From assembly GCA_963704905.1 (NCBI GenBank), contig CAVPHZ010000001.1, forward strand, positions 451,438 through 515,437: a DNA stretch of 64,000 nt, in the 5' to 3' direction. The notes beneath the pieces were generated by a model. The model ran no database searches. It saw only the letters and a program-made list of their open reading frames with translations, and had not been told where the DNA came from. The stretch comes from Candidatus Chisholmbacteria bacterium (GTDB taxonomy: Bacteria; Patescibacteriota; Microgenomatia; UBA1400; Chisholmbacteraceae). Numbering within the stretch: position 1 is the stretch's first letter; each line of letters begins with the position of its first letter. This document shows positions 1 to 8,391 of the stretch, in pieces. Both the position numbers and the translations under genes were made by a program.

Positions 1-207
1 ATGCGTTGTGTTGCTGACTACGTCTTGATAAAAGAGAATTCCTATTGGGAATTTACCTTTCATTTATATTGCCTCTGATACTAACTATATCACTAGTCGA
101 GTACTGGTGGGAATTTATTTCCCGTGGATCGAGACGAGGGGATTTACATACCCCAAGCGTATGTGCTTGGAAAGTGGGTACGGAGCCCGTTTCTCGTATT
201 CATTCAT

Positions 208-2610
208 TTATTCGTTTTCAGGTTTTAGGGATGAAACCTTTTGAAGTGTTGTGGTATTTATTGTTGTTGTGGGGTAATTTATTTTTCCTGAAGGTTCACC
301 ATTTTCATTCACATCTTGAGGCCATGGGCAGTCCAAGCAGAAATCTTTTACCAAAGCATCGGAAATGACAGTATGTTCGCGGAGTTCGATATTTTCAAAA
401 TCTCCTTCTTCTGGAGGAAGGTTTGTGTCCTTTTTAATCCAAATCCCTCGACGGCTAAAATCAATTTGGTTCAGGTCAAATTTTTTATTGAAAAACTCAT
501 GGCGAGTTGGACAGGGGTTGTCCGGATTTGGAACAAGTCCAGATAGGCTGCAAACATCTCTTCCGACTATTCCGACTGGTCTGTCTGGCCATTCTGCTTC
601 TTTACCTTCTAGTGTTTTGTCCATGAGTGCATTCCAAATTGGTGCTGCTCCGGTAACTCCAGAAACAAGGTAGGGATGCATTGGTGTGTTGTCATTGTTT
701 CCAACCCAGGTTGCTACCAGGAAGTTTGGTGTGAAACCGATTGTCCAATTATCTCTCAGGTCATTCGTGGTGCCGGTTTTTACTGAGACAACTTGGTTTG
801 GAATCACAAGTTGTGAGGAGGAACCAAAGGCTGCGGCCCGTGCATTGTTATCTAATAGTATGTGAGAAATAAGATATGCAGTTTCTTGAGAAAGGACGCG
901 TTTTGGATCTGTTTCATTTCCTTCATACTTCTCATTATCTAGATTATTCATTTTATCTACAATGTTACTCATTTCAGTTGTGTTGTACTGCTCAAGAATA
1001 TTACCTTGTTGGTCCTCGACTTTTAAGATGGGATTGAGATCAACCCGAATGCCTTTGTTTGCAAATACTCCAAATGCTGTTGCCATGTCAACCATTCTAA
1101 TTTCTCCTCCTCCGAGAGTGAGTGATAGGCCATATTGGCTGGAGTCGTTCCAGCCCTTTATACCCATGGCACTTGCTGTTGCGATCATGCTCTCAATGGA
1201 GTTTATTGCTAGAGTTTTCACTGCTGGGATGTTATAGGAGTTGGCAAGCGCGAAGCGAGCTTGCGTGACTCCGTGAAAGGCGTTGTCATAGTTTCTTGGA
1301 CAGTACAATGGTTGACCGGCGACGAAGAAGCAGGTTGGAATGTCAAGGAGCACTGAGGCTGGATTGAGCTTTCCTAGCTCAAATGCTGTGGCGTAATTTA
1401 TTGGTTTAATGGAGCTGCCTGGTTGTCGGGGGCGGATGGTGACATTGACGTTACCATCATGCTCGGTGTCAAAATAATCACGAGAGCCTATCATTGCAAG
1501 GATCTCTCCGGTTTTTGGGCGAGTGATGAGAGCGGCGCCGTTACCAACTCGCATTTCTTCTAAATCAGCTATCTCTGCTGATACTGTTGCTTGTGCATAC
1601 TCTTGGAGTTGGAGATCTAAGGTTGTGGTTACTTTCAGCCCTCCACGCTCAACCATGCGCTCTCCGAATTTTTCCACAAGCAGTTCTTTTACCCAAAGAA
1701 CGAAGTGCGGAGCCTTTATATCCACTAGGGGAGGAGCGAAGTTTAGTACCTCATTTGAGGCATTATTTTTATCTTCCTCGGTGATATACCCGTCTTCGAC
1801 CATGCGGTCGAGGACAAATTCCTGTCTTTGTTTGGCGATTTCTGGGTTTGCTCCAAGAGGGGAATATCGAGTTGGAGCGGCGGGAAGTCCGGCAAGGAGC
1901 GCGGCCTCAGCAAGTGAAAGATCACTAGCTTTCTTGGCGAAATAGTTTTGAGCAGCGGATTCAATACCCCAAGCTGTTCCTCCATATGGAACGTGATTGA
2001 GATACATTTCTAAGATTTGCCCTTTTGTGTAGATAAGTTCAGTGAGTATGGAAAGGATGGCTTCTCTGGCTTTTCTGCGGACAGTACGTTCTGGTGTAAG
2101 CAGTGCTGTTTTAACGAGTTGCTGAGTGATGGTTGAGCCGCCTTGGAGTTTTTTACGAAACAGCGTATTGTAAACGGCCCTCAACAAACCTTCTGAGGCA
2201 AATCCATGATGTTTGTAGAAATTCTTATCTTCCGCAGCAATGTGGGCTTGACTTACATAGTCAGGGAGCTCTTCAAGTGATACTGGTGATCGGTTTCGCT
2301 CTGCGTAAATTTCAAACAGCAACGTTTCGTTGCGGTCATAGATTCGTGATGATGAGGCGTAGGCATCAGCTTGGAGAAGCTTGGTTGGGGAGGGAAGATC
2401 TCTGAAGGCGAAGAAATAGGAAAATACGGTGAAGGCTACAAGTACGAGCACTACATACCAATATTCTCTCACTTTCCCTGCAGATGTTAACAATAACCCT
2501 TTCTTTTTGAGGAGTGTCTTTAACGATGTTCTCAATTTCTTCTTTTTCTTCTTCCTGGTTTTTTTGGTGTTTTTGAAGAGTGTATTTTTTATCTTTTTCT
2601 CTTTTTTCAT
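208..2610 (-). CDS. Class A penicillin-binding protein (PBP1A family transglycosylase/transpeptidase)
   Basis: N-terminal TM; transglycosylase motifs EDKNFYKHHG, QGGSTITQQLVK, RKAREA; transpeptidase SSIK, SYN, KTG. Confidence 0.95.
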   Translation of the reverse strand: MKKEKKIKNTLFKNTKKTRKKKKKKLRTSLKTLLKKKGLLLTSAGKVREYWYVVLVLVAFTVFSYFFAFRDLPSPTKLLQADAYASSSRIYDRNETLLFEIYAERNRSPVSLEELPDYVSQAHIAAEDKNFYKHHGFASEGLLRAVYNTLFRKKLQGGSTITQQLVKTALLTPERTVRRKAREAILSILTELIYTKGQILEMYLNHVPYGGTAWGIESAAQNYFAKKASDLSLAEAALLAGLPAAPTRYSPLGANPEIAKQRQEFVLDRMVEDGYITEEDKNNASNEVLNFAPPLVDIKAPHFVLWVKELLVEKFGERMVERGGLKVTTTLDLQLQEYAQATVSAEIADLEEMRVGNGAALITRPKTGEILAMIGSRDYFDTEHDGNVNVTIRPRQPGSSIKPINYATAFELGKLNPASVLLDIPTCFFVAGQPLYCPRNYDNAFHGVTQARFALANSYNIPAVKTLAINSIESMIATASAMGIKGWNDSSQYGLSLTLGGGEIRMVDMATAFGVFANKGIRVDLNPILKVEDQQGNILEQYNTTEMSNIVDKMNNLDNEKYEGNETDPKRVLSQETAYLISHILLDNNARAAAFGSSSQLVIPNQVVSVKTGTTNDLRDNWTIGFTPNFLVATWVGNNDNTPMHPYLVSGVTGAAPIWNALMDKTLEGKEAEWPDRPVGIVGRDVCSLSGLVPNPDNPCPTRHEFFNKKFDLNQIDFSRRGIWIKKDTNLPPEEGDFENIELREHTVISDALVKDFCLDCPWPQDVNENGEPSGKINYPTTTINTTTLQKVSSLKPENE

Positions 2611-3275
2611 TTGAAGTTACTGTGAAGCGCTGATTGTTTAGTAGTTGATACTTTTCCTTTGAATCCCAATGCATTTAGCGCCAATTTAAGAGTTTGTTCC
2701 TTGCTGTATTTGTAGGTGTCTATTGTTAAGTCGTAGAGCTCTGGATACCAGTACCAGACTGGTTTTGATGGGGAGAGTACTTTTTTTTCAATGACCCACT
2801 TTTGCCATTCCTGTTTGTACATTCTTCTCCACTTAGTTGTATTTTTTTCTTCTCTCTCAAAGATATGTTTTTTGGCCTCTCCGATTGTTAGATTATCACG
2901 GTTGACAATTCGATCGACTCTTACCGCATTGTTGTCACAGGTTGTTAAAATCTTCAAGGTGCCTCTTACGCTTTGGGCTACAAAACCAGACAACCAAGAA
3001 TCAAGTATATTTTCTCTTTTTGTTTTGAGTGTCTTACGCATTCCGTAGTCAACTTGTTTATCAAAATCATCACTATAGATAGTAGCGAGATGATGTACTT
3101 TACTATTATTATCGAATAACCCTTGTTTGATTGCGTAGGCTCTCATGAAGTCTCCTCCAGAAAAGTATTTCCATCCGAGTATTTTGGCCATCATTTTACC
3201 TAAAGTTGAAGATCCGGATCCTGGGAGTCCTGAAATAGTGATGTTTTTGTAGTTGAGTTGCTGGTTTTTTTTCAT
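2607..3275 (-). CDS. cmk: Cytidylate kinase (archaeal-type AAA family)
   Basis: ITISGLPGSGSSTLGK P-loop, YFSGGDFMR, DKQVD, DLTIDT; ATG at 3275 preferred over the ORF-track start at 3335. Confidence 0.75.
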   Translation of the reverse strand: MKKNQQLNYKNITISGLPGSGSSTLGKMMAKILGWKYFSGGDFMRAYAIKQGLFDNNSKVHHLATIYSDDFDKQVDYGMRKTLKTKRENILDSWLSGFVAQSVRGTLKILTTCDNNAVRVDRIVNRDNLTIGEAKKHIFEREEKNTTKWRRMYKQEWQKWVIEKKVLSPSKPVWYWYPELYDLTIDTYKYSKEQTLKLALNALGFKGKVSTTKQSALHSNFK

Positions 3276-3448
3276 CTGGCTTGAGTTGCAAGCAGTGGAA
3301 TTTGTTTCACACGTTATTAATTTTACTATGCTCAAACGGTTTTTTTTATACTTTTGATTGTATTATGATACACCACGGTAGCAATGTTTCAGTGCTTCAC
3401 GTTAGTTTTTGATACGATAGAATGAGTTTTTAGTTGACTGCAATTACT

Positions 3449-4153
3449 ATGCTTCGAAGAATAGTTGAGTTTACCAAACGAATCCATCCAGACAATGCTC
3501 GAATAGAGCTCATCCGAAGGACACTGGTTGTTTATGCAACTTTGTTTATTCTTTGGGGTCTGTATCGTCTTCTTTTGCGCTTACCTCTATTTATAGAGGA
3601 GATGATTATTAAGCCATTTATTTTTCTTCCACCTGCATTGTCTGTTATTGAAGGGGAAGATCGACGGCCAGGGAAACTTTTACGGGCTTTTGGATTTCAT
3701 AAATCAGGGATAGTTCTTTCCATCTATCTTGGTTTAACCCTAGGGGTTTCGTATTTTCTTGCAGTAGGTTTGGGGCGCTTGGTGTTTTCAGGGAGAGAGG
3801 TGTTCGGAATATTGCATATCTCTGGATATCAATTGATAACCGTCATTGTCATTTCAATAGCGACAGCTGTATGGGAGCAAATGATCTTTTCTGGGTTTTT
3901 TCTCTTGCGATTCCAGCGTGTACTTAATGATGAGTGGAGGAGTGTGACACTCACGGCTGTGTTGTTTACGCTTTTGCATCTCCCAATCTTAGTTCTTGAT
4001 GGGTCATTTCGACCACTGTTTGTAGTTATACAATTGGTGTTGATTTTTCTGGTTGGTTTTGGAAATGCTGTTCTGATGCTTCGAACTAAAAATGTCATTG
4101 CTCCGATCCTTTCGCATGCGTTTTGGGCAGTGGCGCTTCAGTTAGTCGTATAG
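3449..4153 (+). CDS. CPBP/Abi (CAAX protease-like) intramembrane metalloprotease
   Basis: Multi-TM; WEQMIFSG (EExxxRG-like), FTLLH, ILSHAFW motifs; start uncertain (3434 TTG or 3449 ATG). Confidence 0.8.
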   Translation: MLRRIVEFTKRIHPDNARIELIRRTLVVYATLFILWGLYRLLLRLPLFIEEMIIKPFIFLPPALSVIEGEDRRPGKLLRAFGFHKSGIVLSIYLGLTLGVSYFLAVGLGRLVFSGREVFGILHISGYQLITVIVISIATAVWEQMIFSGFFLLRFQRVLNDEWRSVTLTAVLFTLLHLPILVLDGSFRPLFVVIQLVLIFLVGFGNAVLMLRTKNVIAPILSHAFWAVALQLVV

Positions 4154-4212
4154 ATATTACCTCTGGTGAGTTTTGATATTTGCCCTAGTCGTGGTACAAT
4201 CCGCTCTAGCTT

Positions 4213-5460
4213 ATGGCTTCTTCTCGTCTTTCGAAAAACATTGCTCAACAAGTGAAAGCAAATTTTTCTGATCAAATCAGTTTTGCTTCTGCTCTGATTC
4301 GAGAAAAAAGTGAAAATCCTTTTACACCTGATGAGTCTCGTCCTAATGAGGCAATCGAGAAGAATGTGGCTGAGCTTATTTATGGTCAGCTTCAATCTTT
4401 TGGATTACAGCCCAAACGCATTGGAGCGACAAAAAATCGTCCGAATGTGGTTTGTTATTGGGGTCCACGGAGATTCCGTAAAAGTTTGATTCTCAATGGC
4501 AATATGGATACCACACCAGCGGGTGAAGATTACACACTCGAGCCTTTTTCGGGAGCAGTTCGAGATGGAAAGCTTTTTGGTGTTGGTGCTGCAGATATGA
4601 AAGGGACACTTTCTGCATATGTTTATGCGGTCAAGGCACTCCTTGATGTTGGCGTTAAACTTGATGGACGGCTGATTCTAGAATTTACTGTGGATGAGGA
4701 GCCTGGGGGTTGCAGTGAGCTTGGTACATCTTATTTGCTCAAACAAGGGATTCGAGCACGAGCGGCTATTATCGGAAAACCTGGGACGAAGAAAATTTCA
4801 ATTGGCAATAGAGGTGGATATCGGTTTAAGCTGACAACTTTTGGTGAGGCAGTGCACACCGGGAGGCGTGCTTGGGAGCGAAAGGAAGCAGGACGTAACG
4901 CGATTATGGATATGGCGAAGGCAGCTGTTTCGTTGGAAGATTTGGAGATTCCCTTTAAACCAGCTCGAGCTTTCTCTGGACGAACACCTGTATTTACTTT
5001 TCCGACAAAAATTTCAGGTGGCGTTTCGGTCAACACTGTTCCAGATAAGAGTGTGGCATATGGGGATGTTCGACTTATGCCAGGAAACAGTGATCGGCAA
5101 GTTAAGATTTGGATTCGAGAGAGGCTCGCTTCAATTCCAGGACTTCGATATGAGCTTGAAGACCTTCTCTTCGTGCCGTCGACGGAGATTGATCGCAAGG
5201 AAGAAGTCGTTGAGATTTTAGCGATTCAGGCTAAAGAAGTGTTGGGTTTTTCACCAAAAGTTGAAGGATCAGGGCCGTGGGGTGATGCGTGGATGCTGGT
5301 CACGCACGACATACCCACAGTGAGTGGCTTCGGACCAGATGGGGAAGGACATCATGGTGTGAATGAATGGGTTGATCTTGAGAGTTTACAGCAGGTGACT
5401 GAAATATATGCCCAGACTATTGTTGAATTTCTCGGACTTCGAAGTAAAGATGAATCCTAA
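4213..5460 (+). CDS. M20 family ArgE/DapE-like amidohydrolase with substituted metal ligands
   Basis: ILNGNMDT, GAADMKG, VDEEPGG, GEAVH, DVRLMPG, FGP..HGVNEW motifs. Confidence 0.85.
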   Translation: MASSRLSKNIAQQVKANFSDQISFASALIREKSENPFTPDESRPNEAIEKNVAELIYGQLQSFGLQPKRIGATKNRPNVVCYWGPRRFRKSLILNGNMDTTPAGEDYTLEPFSGAVRDGKLFGVGAADMKGTLSAYVYAVKALLDVGVKLDGRLILEFTVDEEPGGCSELGTSYLLKQGIRARAAIIGKPGTKKISIGNRGGYRFKLTTFGEAVHTGRRAWERKEAGRNAIMDMAKAAVSLEDLEIPFKPARAFSGRTPVFTFPTKISGGVSVNTVPDKSVAYGDVRLMPGNSDRQVKIWIRERLASIPGLRYELEDLLFVPSTEIDRKEEVVEILAIQAKEVLGFSPKVEGSGPWGDAWMLVTHDIPTVSGFGPDGEGHHGVNEWVDLESLQQVTEIYAQTIVEFLGLRSKDES

Positions 5461-5491
5461 TTCTCTTGTTATAGTGTAATATGATCGAACT

Positions 5492-6160
5492 ATGAAGAAT
5501 CGTACATTACATCTTATTTTTTTAAGTTTTGGTTTATCTGTTCTCACTTTTTCAGTATGGCGTTCAAATGCGACGTTTGTTTCTCTGGCTCTTGAATCTA
5601 AAAGCGAGGTGGCAGTTGAAAGCACTGCCTCCCCTATCACGATTGATGTTTCAGAGAGTGATTACTCATTGTTATATCCAGGACTGTTGCCGGATCATCC
5701 ACTCTATTTTATAAAAATGATTCGAGATCGTGTTCAGCTTTGGTTCACGAGAAATCCTCTTGCCAAAGCTCAGCTTATGCTTACTTATTCCGATAAGCGA
5801 TATGCAGCAGCGCTTGCGCTTGCCGAGAAAGGTAAATCAGGACTTGCTATTAGCACGGTGACAAAAGCAGCTCATTACACTGACCGATCATTGAATGAGG
5901 CAAAACGAGCGGAGGAGCAAGGTCAGGACGTTACACAGTATTATGAAAAATGTTTATCTGCTGTCATGAAGCACCAGGCTGTCTTAGCTGGTATTGTTTC
6001 TCGGGTGGCGAAAGACGCTCAAGGAGGTTTGAGCGATGCGATTCAACTCAACTCTCAAGATCAAGAGAAGGTTCTCGATCTTCTCGGCGGGAGTATGCAG
6101 GATCATGAGTCGACCTCAAGCGGAAACCCTTCCGAGTTAGAGGGTATGGATGAGCAGTGA
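5492..6160 (+). CDS. DUF5667-like exported protein
   Basis: N-terminal signal/TM; LLPDHPLYFIKMIRDRVQLWFT motif followed by helical region. Confidence 0.7.
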   Translation: MKNRTLHLIFLSFGLSVLTFSVWRSNATFVSLALESKSEVAVESTASPITIDVSESDYSLLYPGLLPDHPLYFIKMIRDRVQLWFTRNPLAKAQLMLTYSDKRYAAALALAEKGKSGLAISTVTKAAHYTDRSLNEAKRAEEQGQDVTQYYEKCLSAVMKHQAVLAGIVSRVAKDAQGGLSDAIQLNSQDQEKVLDLLGGSMQDHESTSSGNPSELEGMDEQ

Positions 6161-6230
6161 TTGTAGACATGTTTGTTCTTCCTTGATGCTTCTTCATTTC
6201 ATTGATACTTGTGGTATTGTAGAAACAATA

Positions 6231-6335
6231 ACTTTTTTACAGCGGAATCTTGTGTAAATCGAGAACTGTGCCGCAACTGTGACCAAGTCACATTTTGTCA
6301 TGTGACGCGGGAGTCAGGAACGCTAGTGAGAAAGT
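6231..6335 (+). ncRNA. Cobalamin riboswitch (compact variant)
   Basis: Core GGAA-TCTTGTGTAAATCGAGA-ACTGTGCCGCAACTGTGA...GAGTCAGG; closing stems 6231-6240/6326-6335 and AGCG/CGCT; lies upstream of B12-uptake-type genes. Confidence 0.9.
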
Positions 6336-6389
6336 AAGATTTCCCGCGCAGGAAGAAACGTAGATGAACCTGAATTTATTTATAAATGC

Positions 6390-6413
6390 AACCTTCCTGT
6401 AGGAAGGTTTTTT
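6390..6413 (+). terminator. Riboswitch expression platform: terminator / RBS-sequestering hairpin
   Basis: AACCTTCC-TGTA-GGAAGGTT-TTTT directly before ATG 6414; upstream GCAGGAAG (~6348-6355) can pair with CTTCCTGT as an alternative structure. Confidence 0.75.
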
Positions 6414-6845
6414 ATGAAGAAAAATGTTTTACTGACTTTTATTGCTTTTCTTGGATTGGCTGTTGGTTTCGTTTATTTTTACTTTACCTCTTTTCAATCT
6501 CCAACCGGTTTGGTTCCATTGAATGAAGTTACTGAAGTCGGTAATGATACGTATCTCTTGCGAGTTGATAAGGGAGATGCTCATCCAGTTACTCATGCCA
6601 GTACATATGCTGAAGGTCAGACAGCATTTGGTGTGCTGCAAGACTATGCAACACAGGAAGATATCAATCTTGTGGCAGAGCATTATGATTTTGGAGTTTT
6701 TGTAAAAGCCATTGATGGGCTTGAAGGTAATGAAGAGCGAGCGTGGATTTATTTTGTGAATGGTGAATCAGGCAGTATCGCGGCCGATCAATATCTATTA
6801 CAATCTGGAGATGTCGTGGAGTGGAGGTATGTCGAACCGAACTAA
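6414..6845 (+). CDS. DUF4430 (transcobalamin C-terminal-like) membrane-anchored putative B12-binding protein
   Basis: N-terminal TM; FGVFVKAIDG, WIYFVNGE..IAADQYLLQSGDVVEWRY signature; riboswitch context. Confidence 0.85.
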   Translation: MKKNVLLTFIAFLGLAVGFVYFYFTSFQSPTGLVPLNEVTEVGNDTYLLRVDKGDAHPVTHASTYAEGQTAFGVLQDYATQEDINLVAEHYDFGVFVKAIDGLEGNEERAWIYFVNGESGSIAADQYLLQSGDVVEWRYVEPN

Positions 6846-7437
6846 TACTTTTCGATGGATCTTATTTTTAAGTCTGGCATTCATTGCTTTTCTTGAGCGG
6901 GTGGTGTTTGACTTTGGACCAAATATTGAGTTAGTGACATTGAGCATGCTTCTTGCTAGCGCATATTTGGGATCATCATTTTCTATACTACTTGTGTTGA
7001 TCGTGTTATTTCTCTCTGATATTGTTCTGGGAACAACGAGTATTTTCCTGTTTACTTGGACTGGATTTCTCATACCTGCTTTTGTTTCCTCGCGTCTTTT
7101 TTCAAATATGCAACGAAGAAGGTTGCAGGGCGGATTTCCAGTGCTTTTCGGTTCGGTTCTCGGATTTAGTTCCAACTTATTTTTCTTTACTTGGACAAAT
7201 TTTGGAGTATGGCTGTTAGATGTTTGGGGGATGTATCCTCGAGATCTTTCAGGACTTCTTCTATCGTATATTCATGGATTGCCATTTTTGAAACTTCAGC
7301 TACTAAGCACATTGGTGTTTGTTCCGATTGGGTTTGCTGCTGTAGAAGTGGTACGAGCTCTCGCTCTTCAGCTGAAGGGGGATCGTGCTCTATTACGTGA
7401 ATTACTGCGACGCGCAGGGCTCTTTTCTTCATCGTAA
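6829..7437 (+). CDS. ECF S-component-like (DUF6580-type) membrane transporter, probable cobalamin uptake
   Basis: About 6 TMs; PNIELVT, LSDIVLG, SNLFFFTWTNFGVW, YIHGLPF motifs; ATG 6829 overlaps the upstream gene. Confidence 0.8.
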   Translation: MSNRTNTFRWILFLSLAFIAFLERVVFDFGPNIELVTLSMLLASAYLGSSFSILLVLIVLFLSDIVLGTTSIFLFTWTGFLIPAFVSSRLFSNMQRRRLQGGFPVLFGSVLGFSSNLFFFTWTNFGVWLLDVWGMYPRDLSGLLLSYIHGLPFLKLQLLSTLVFVPIGFAAVEVVRALALQLKGDRALLRELLRRAGLFSSS

Positions 7438-7737
7438 ATCATTTCGATTTATCGGACCACTATTTATACCCTTACGGGTATTATTCGATAGGAAAATACT
7501 ATTTTTACTTTGGAGAAGTTTCTATTCTCTTTTTTTCTTCTCCGCTTATTTAAGATGTGTGAACATAAATGTTATGGCTGTTATAGCAAGACTATTAGTA
7601 TTAATTGAGTACAGAATATAATTTCGTTTTCTGAGCATGTTGTTTATTGTTCCTTTCTAGGTAGAAGTAAGGTATTCAATATATTCCTTTCTAACATCTC
7701 ACATCTGGATGATGTATATTGATGCTATTATTACTAG

Positions 7738-7767
7738 TTGACAGTCTAGGACTAGTGGACTTACGCT
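7738..7767 (+). promoter_or_regulatory. Sigma70-type promoter of the nrdR operon
   Basis: TTGACA 7738-7743, 18-nt spacer, TACGCT 7762-7767. Confidence 0.5.
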
Positions 7768-7774
7768 CATATTG

Positions 7775-7826
7775 ACACTACGGGTAGTGTTTTTTTAATC
7801 GTAAAAATAAATACAACCATTTGACA
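7775..7826. promoter_or_regulatory. Two putative NrdR boxes
   Basis: ACACTAcgggTAGTGT (7775-7790, palindromic) and ataCAAccatTTGaca (7811-7826) fit the acaCwA-N4-TwGtgt pattern. Confidence 0.65.
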
Positions 7827-8275
7827 TGAAGTGCCCGTACTGCGGAAGCACAGAGAGCAGTGTACTTGAGAGTCGGCTCAATGAAGATGAGAATTCTATT
7901 CGACGTAGAAGAGAGTGTGGATCATGCGAAAAGCGATTCACTACTTATGAGCGAGTTGAAGGAATCGATTTAACAGTGGTAAAGAAAGATGGAGCACGTG
8001 AGTCTTTTGATAGAGAAAAAATAAAGAAAGGACTCATGAAAGCCACATGGAAACGGCCGGTGACGATAGAAGATATCGAGCGATTGATTGATAATGTCGA
8101 GCAGAAGCTTCGACGAAGGAGAAGCAATGAAATTAAAAGTTGGGAGATTGGCAATATGGTAATGACCAGATTAAAAAGAATTGACCCAGTTGGCTATTTA
8201 CTGTTTGCGAGTGTGTATCGTGATTTTCAGGACATTGATGATTTTATTAGGGAGTTAAAGAAGCTGGAGGATTAG
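7826..8275 (+). CDS. nrdR: Transcriptional repressor NrdR
   Basis: MKCPYCG, IRRRRECGSCEKRFTTYERVE zinc ribbon, ATP cone, FASVYRDF. Confidence 0.98.
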   Translation: MKCPYCGSTESSVLESRLNEDENSIRRRRECGSCEKRFTTYERVEGIDLTVVKKDGARESFDREKIKKGLMKATWKRPVTIEDIERLIDNVEQKLRRRRSNEIKSWEIGNMVMTRLKRIDPVGYLLFASVYRDFQDIDDFIRELKKLED

Positions 8276-8391
8276 ACGACTGCGGTGGCGGATCTTTGAT
8301 TGGTTTTATCAATTTAGGAGCCTGCCCTATTCGCCACCAATTCATATAGTAATTAATATGTTTCGATTTGTACTCTAGAGTAAATAACTTT

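Noticed and set aside
2500-2610. Long T-rich tract suggesting a simple repeat or phase-variable site
   Set aside because: It encodes the Lys-rich cytoplasmic N-terminus of PBP1A on the minus strand and the frame is intact
7440-7730. AT-rich gap containing ORF 7385..7621 or a possible minus-strand gene remnant
   Set aside because: No recognisable homology and the frames I read are interrupted by stops; cannot support a feature
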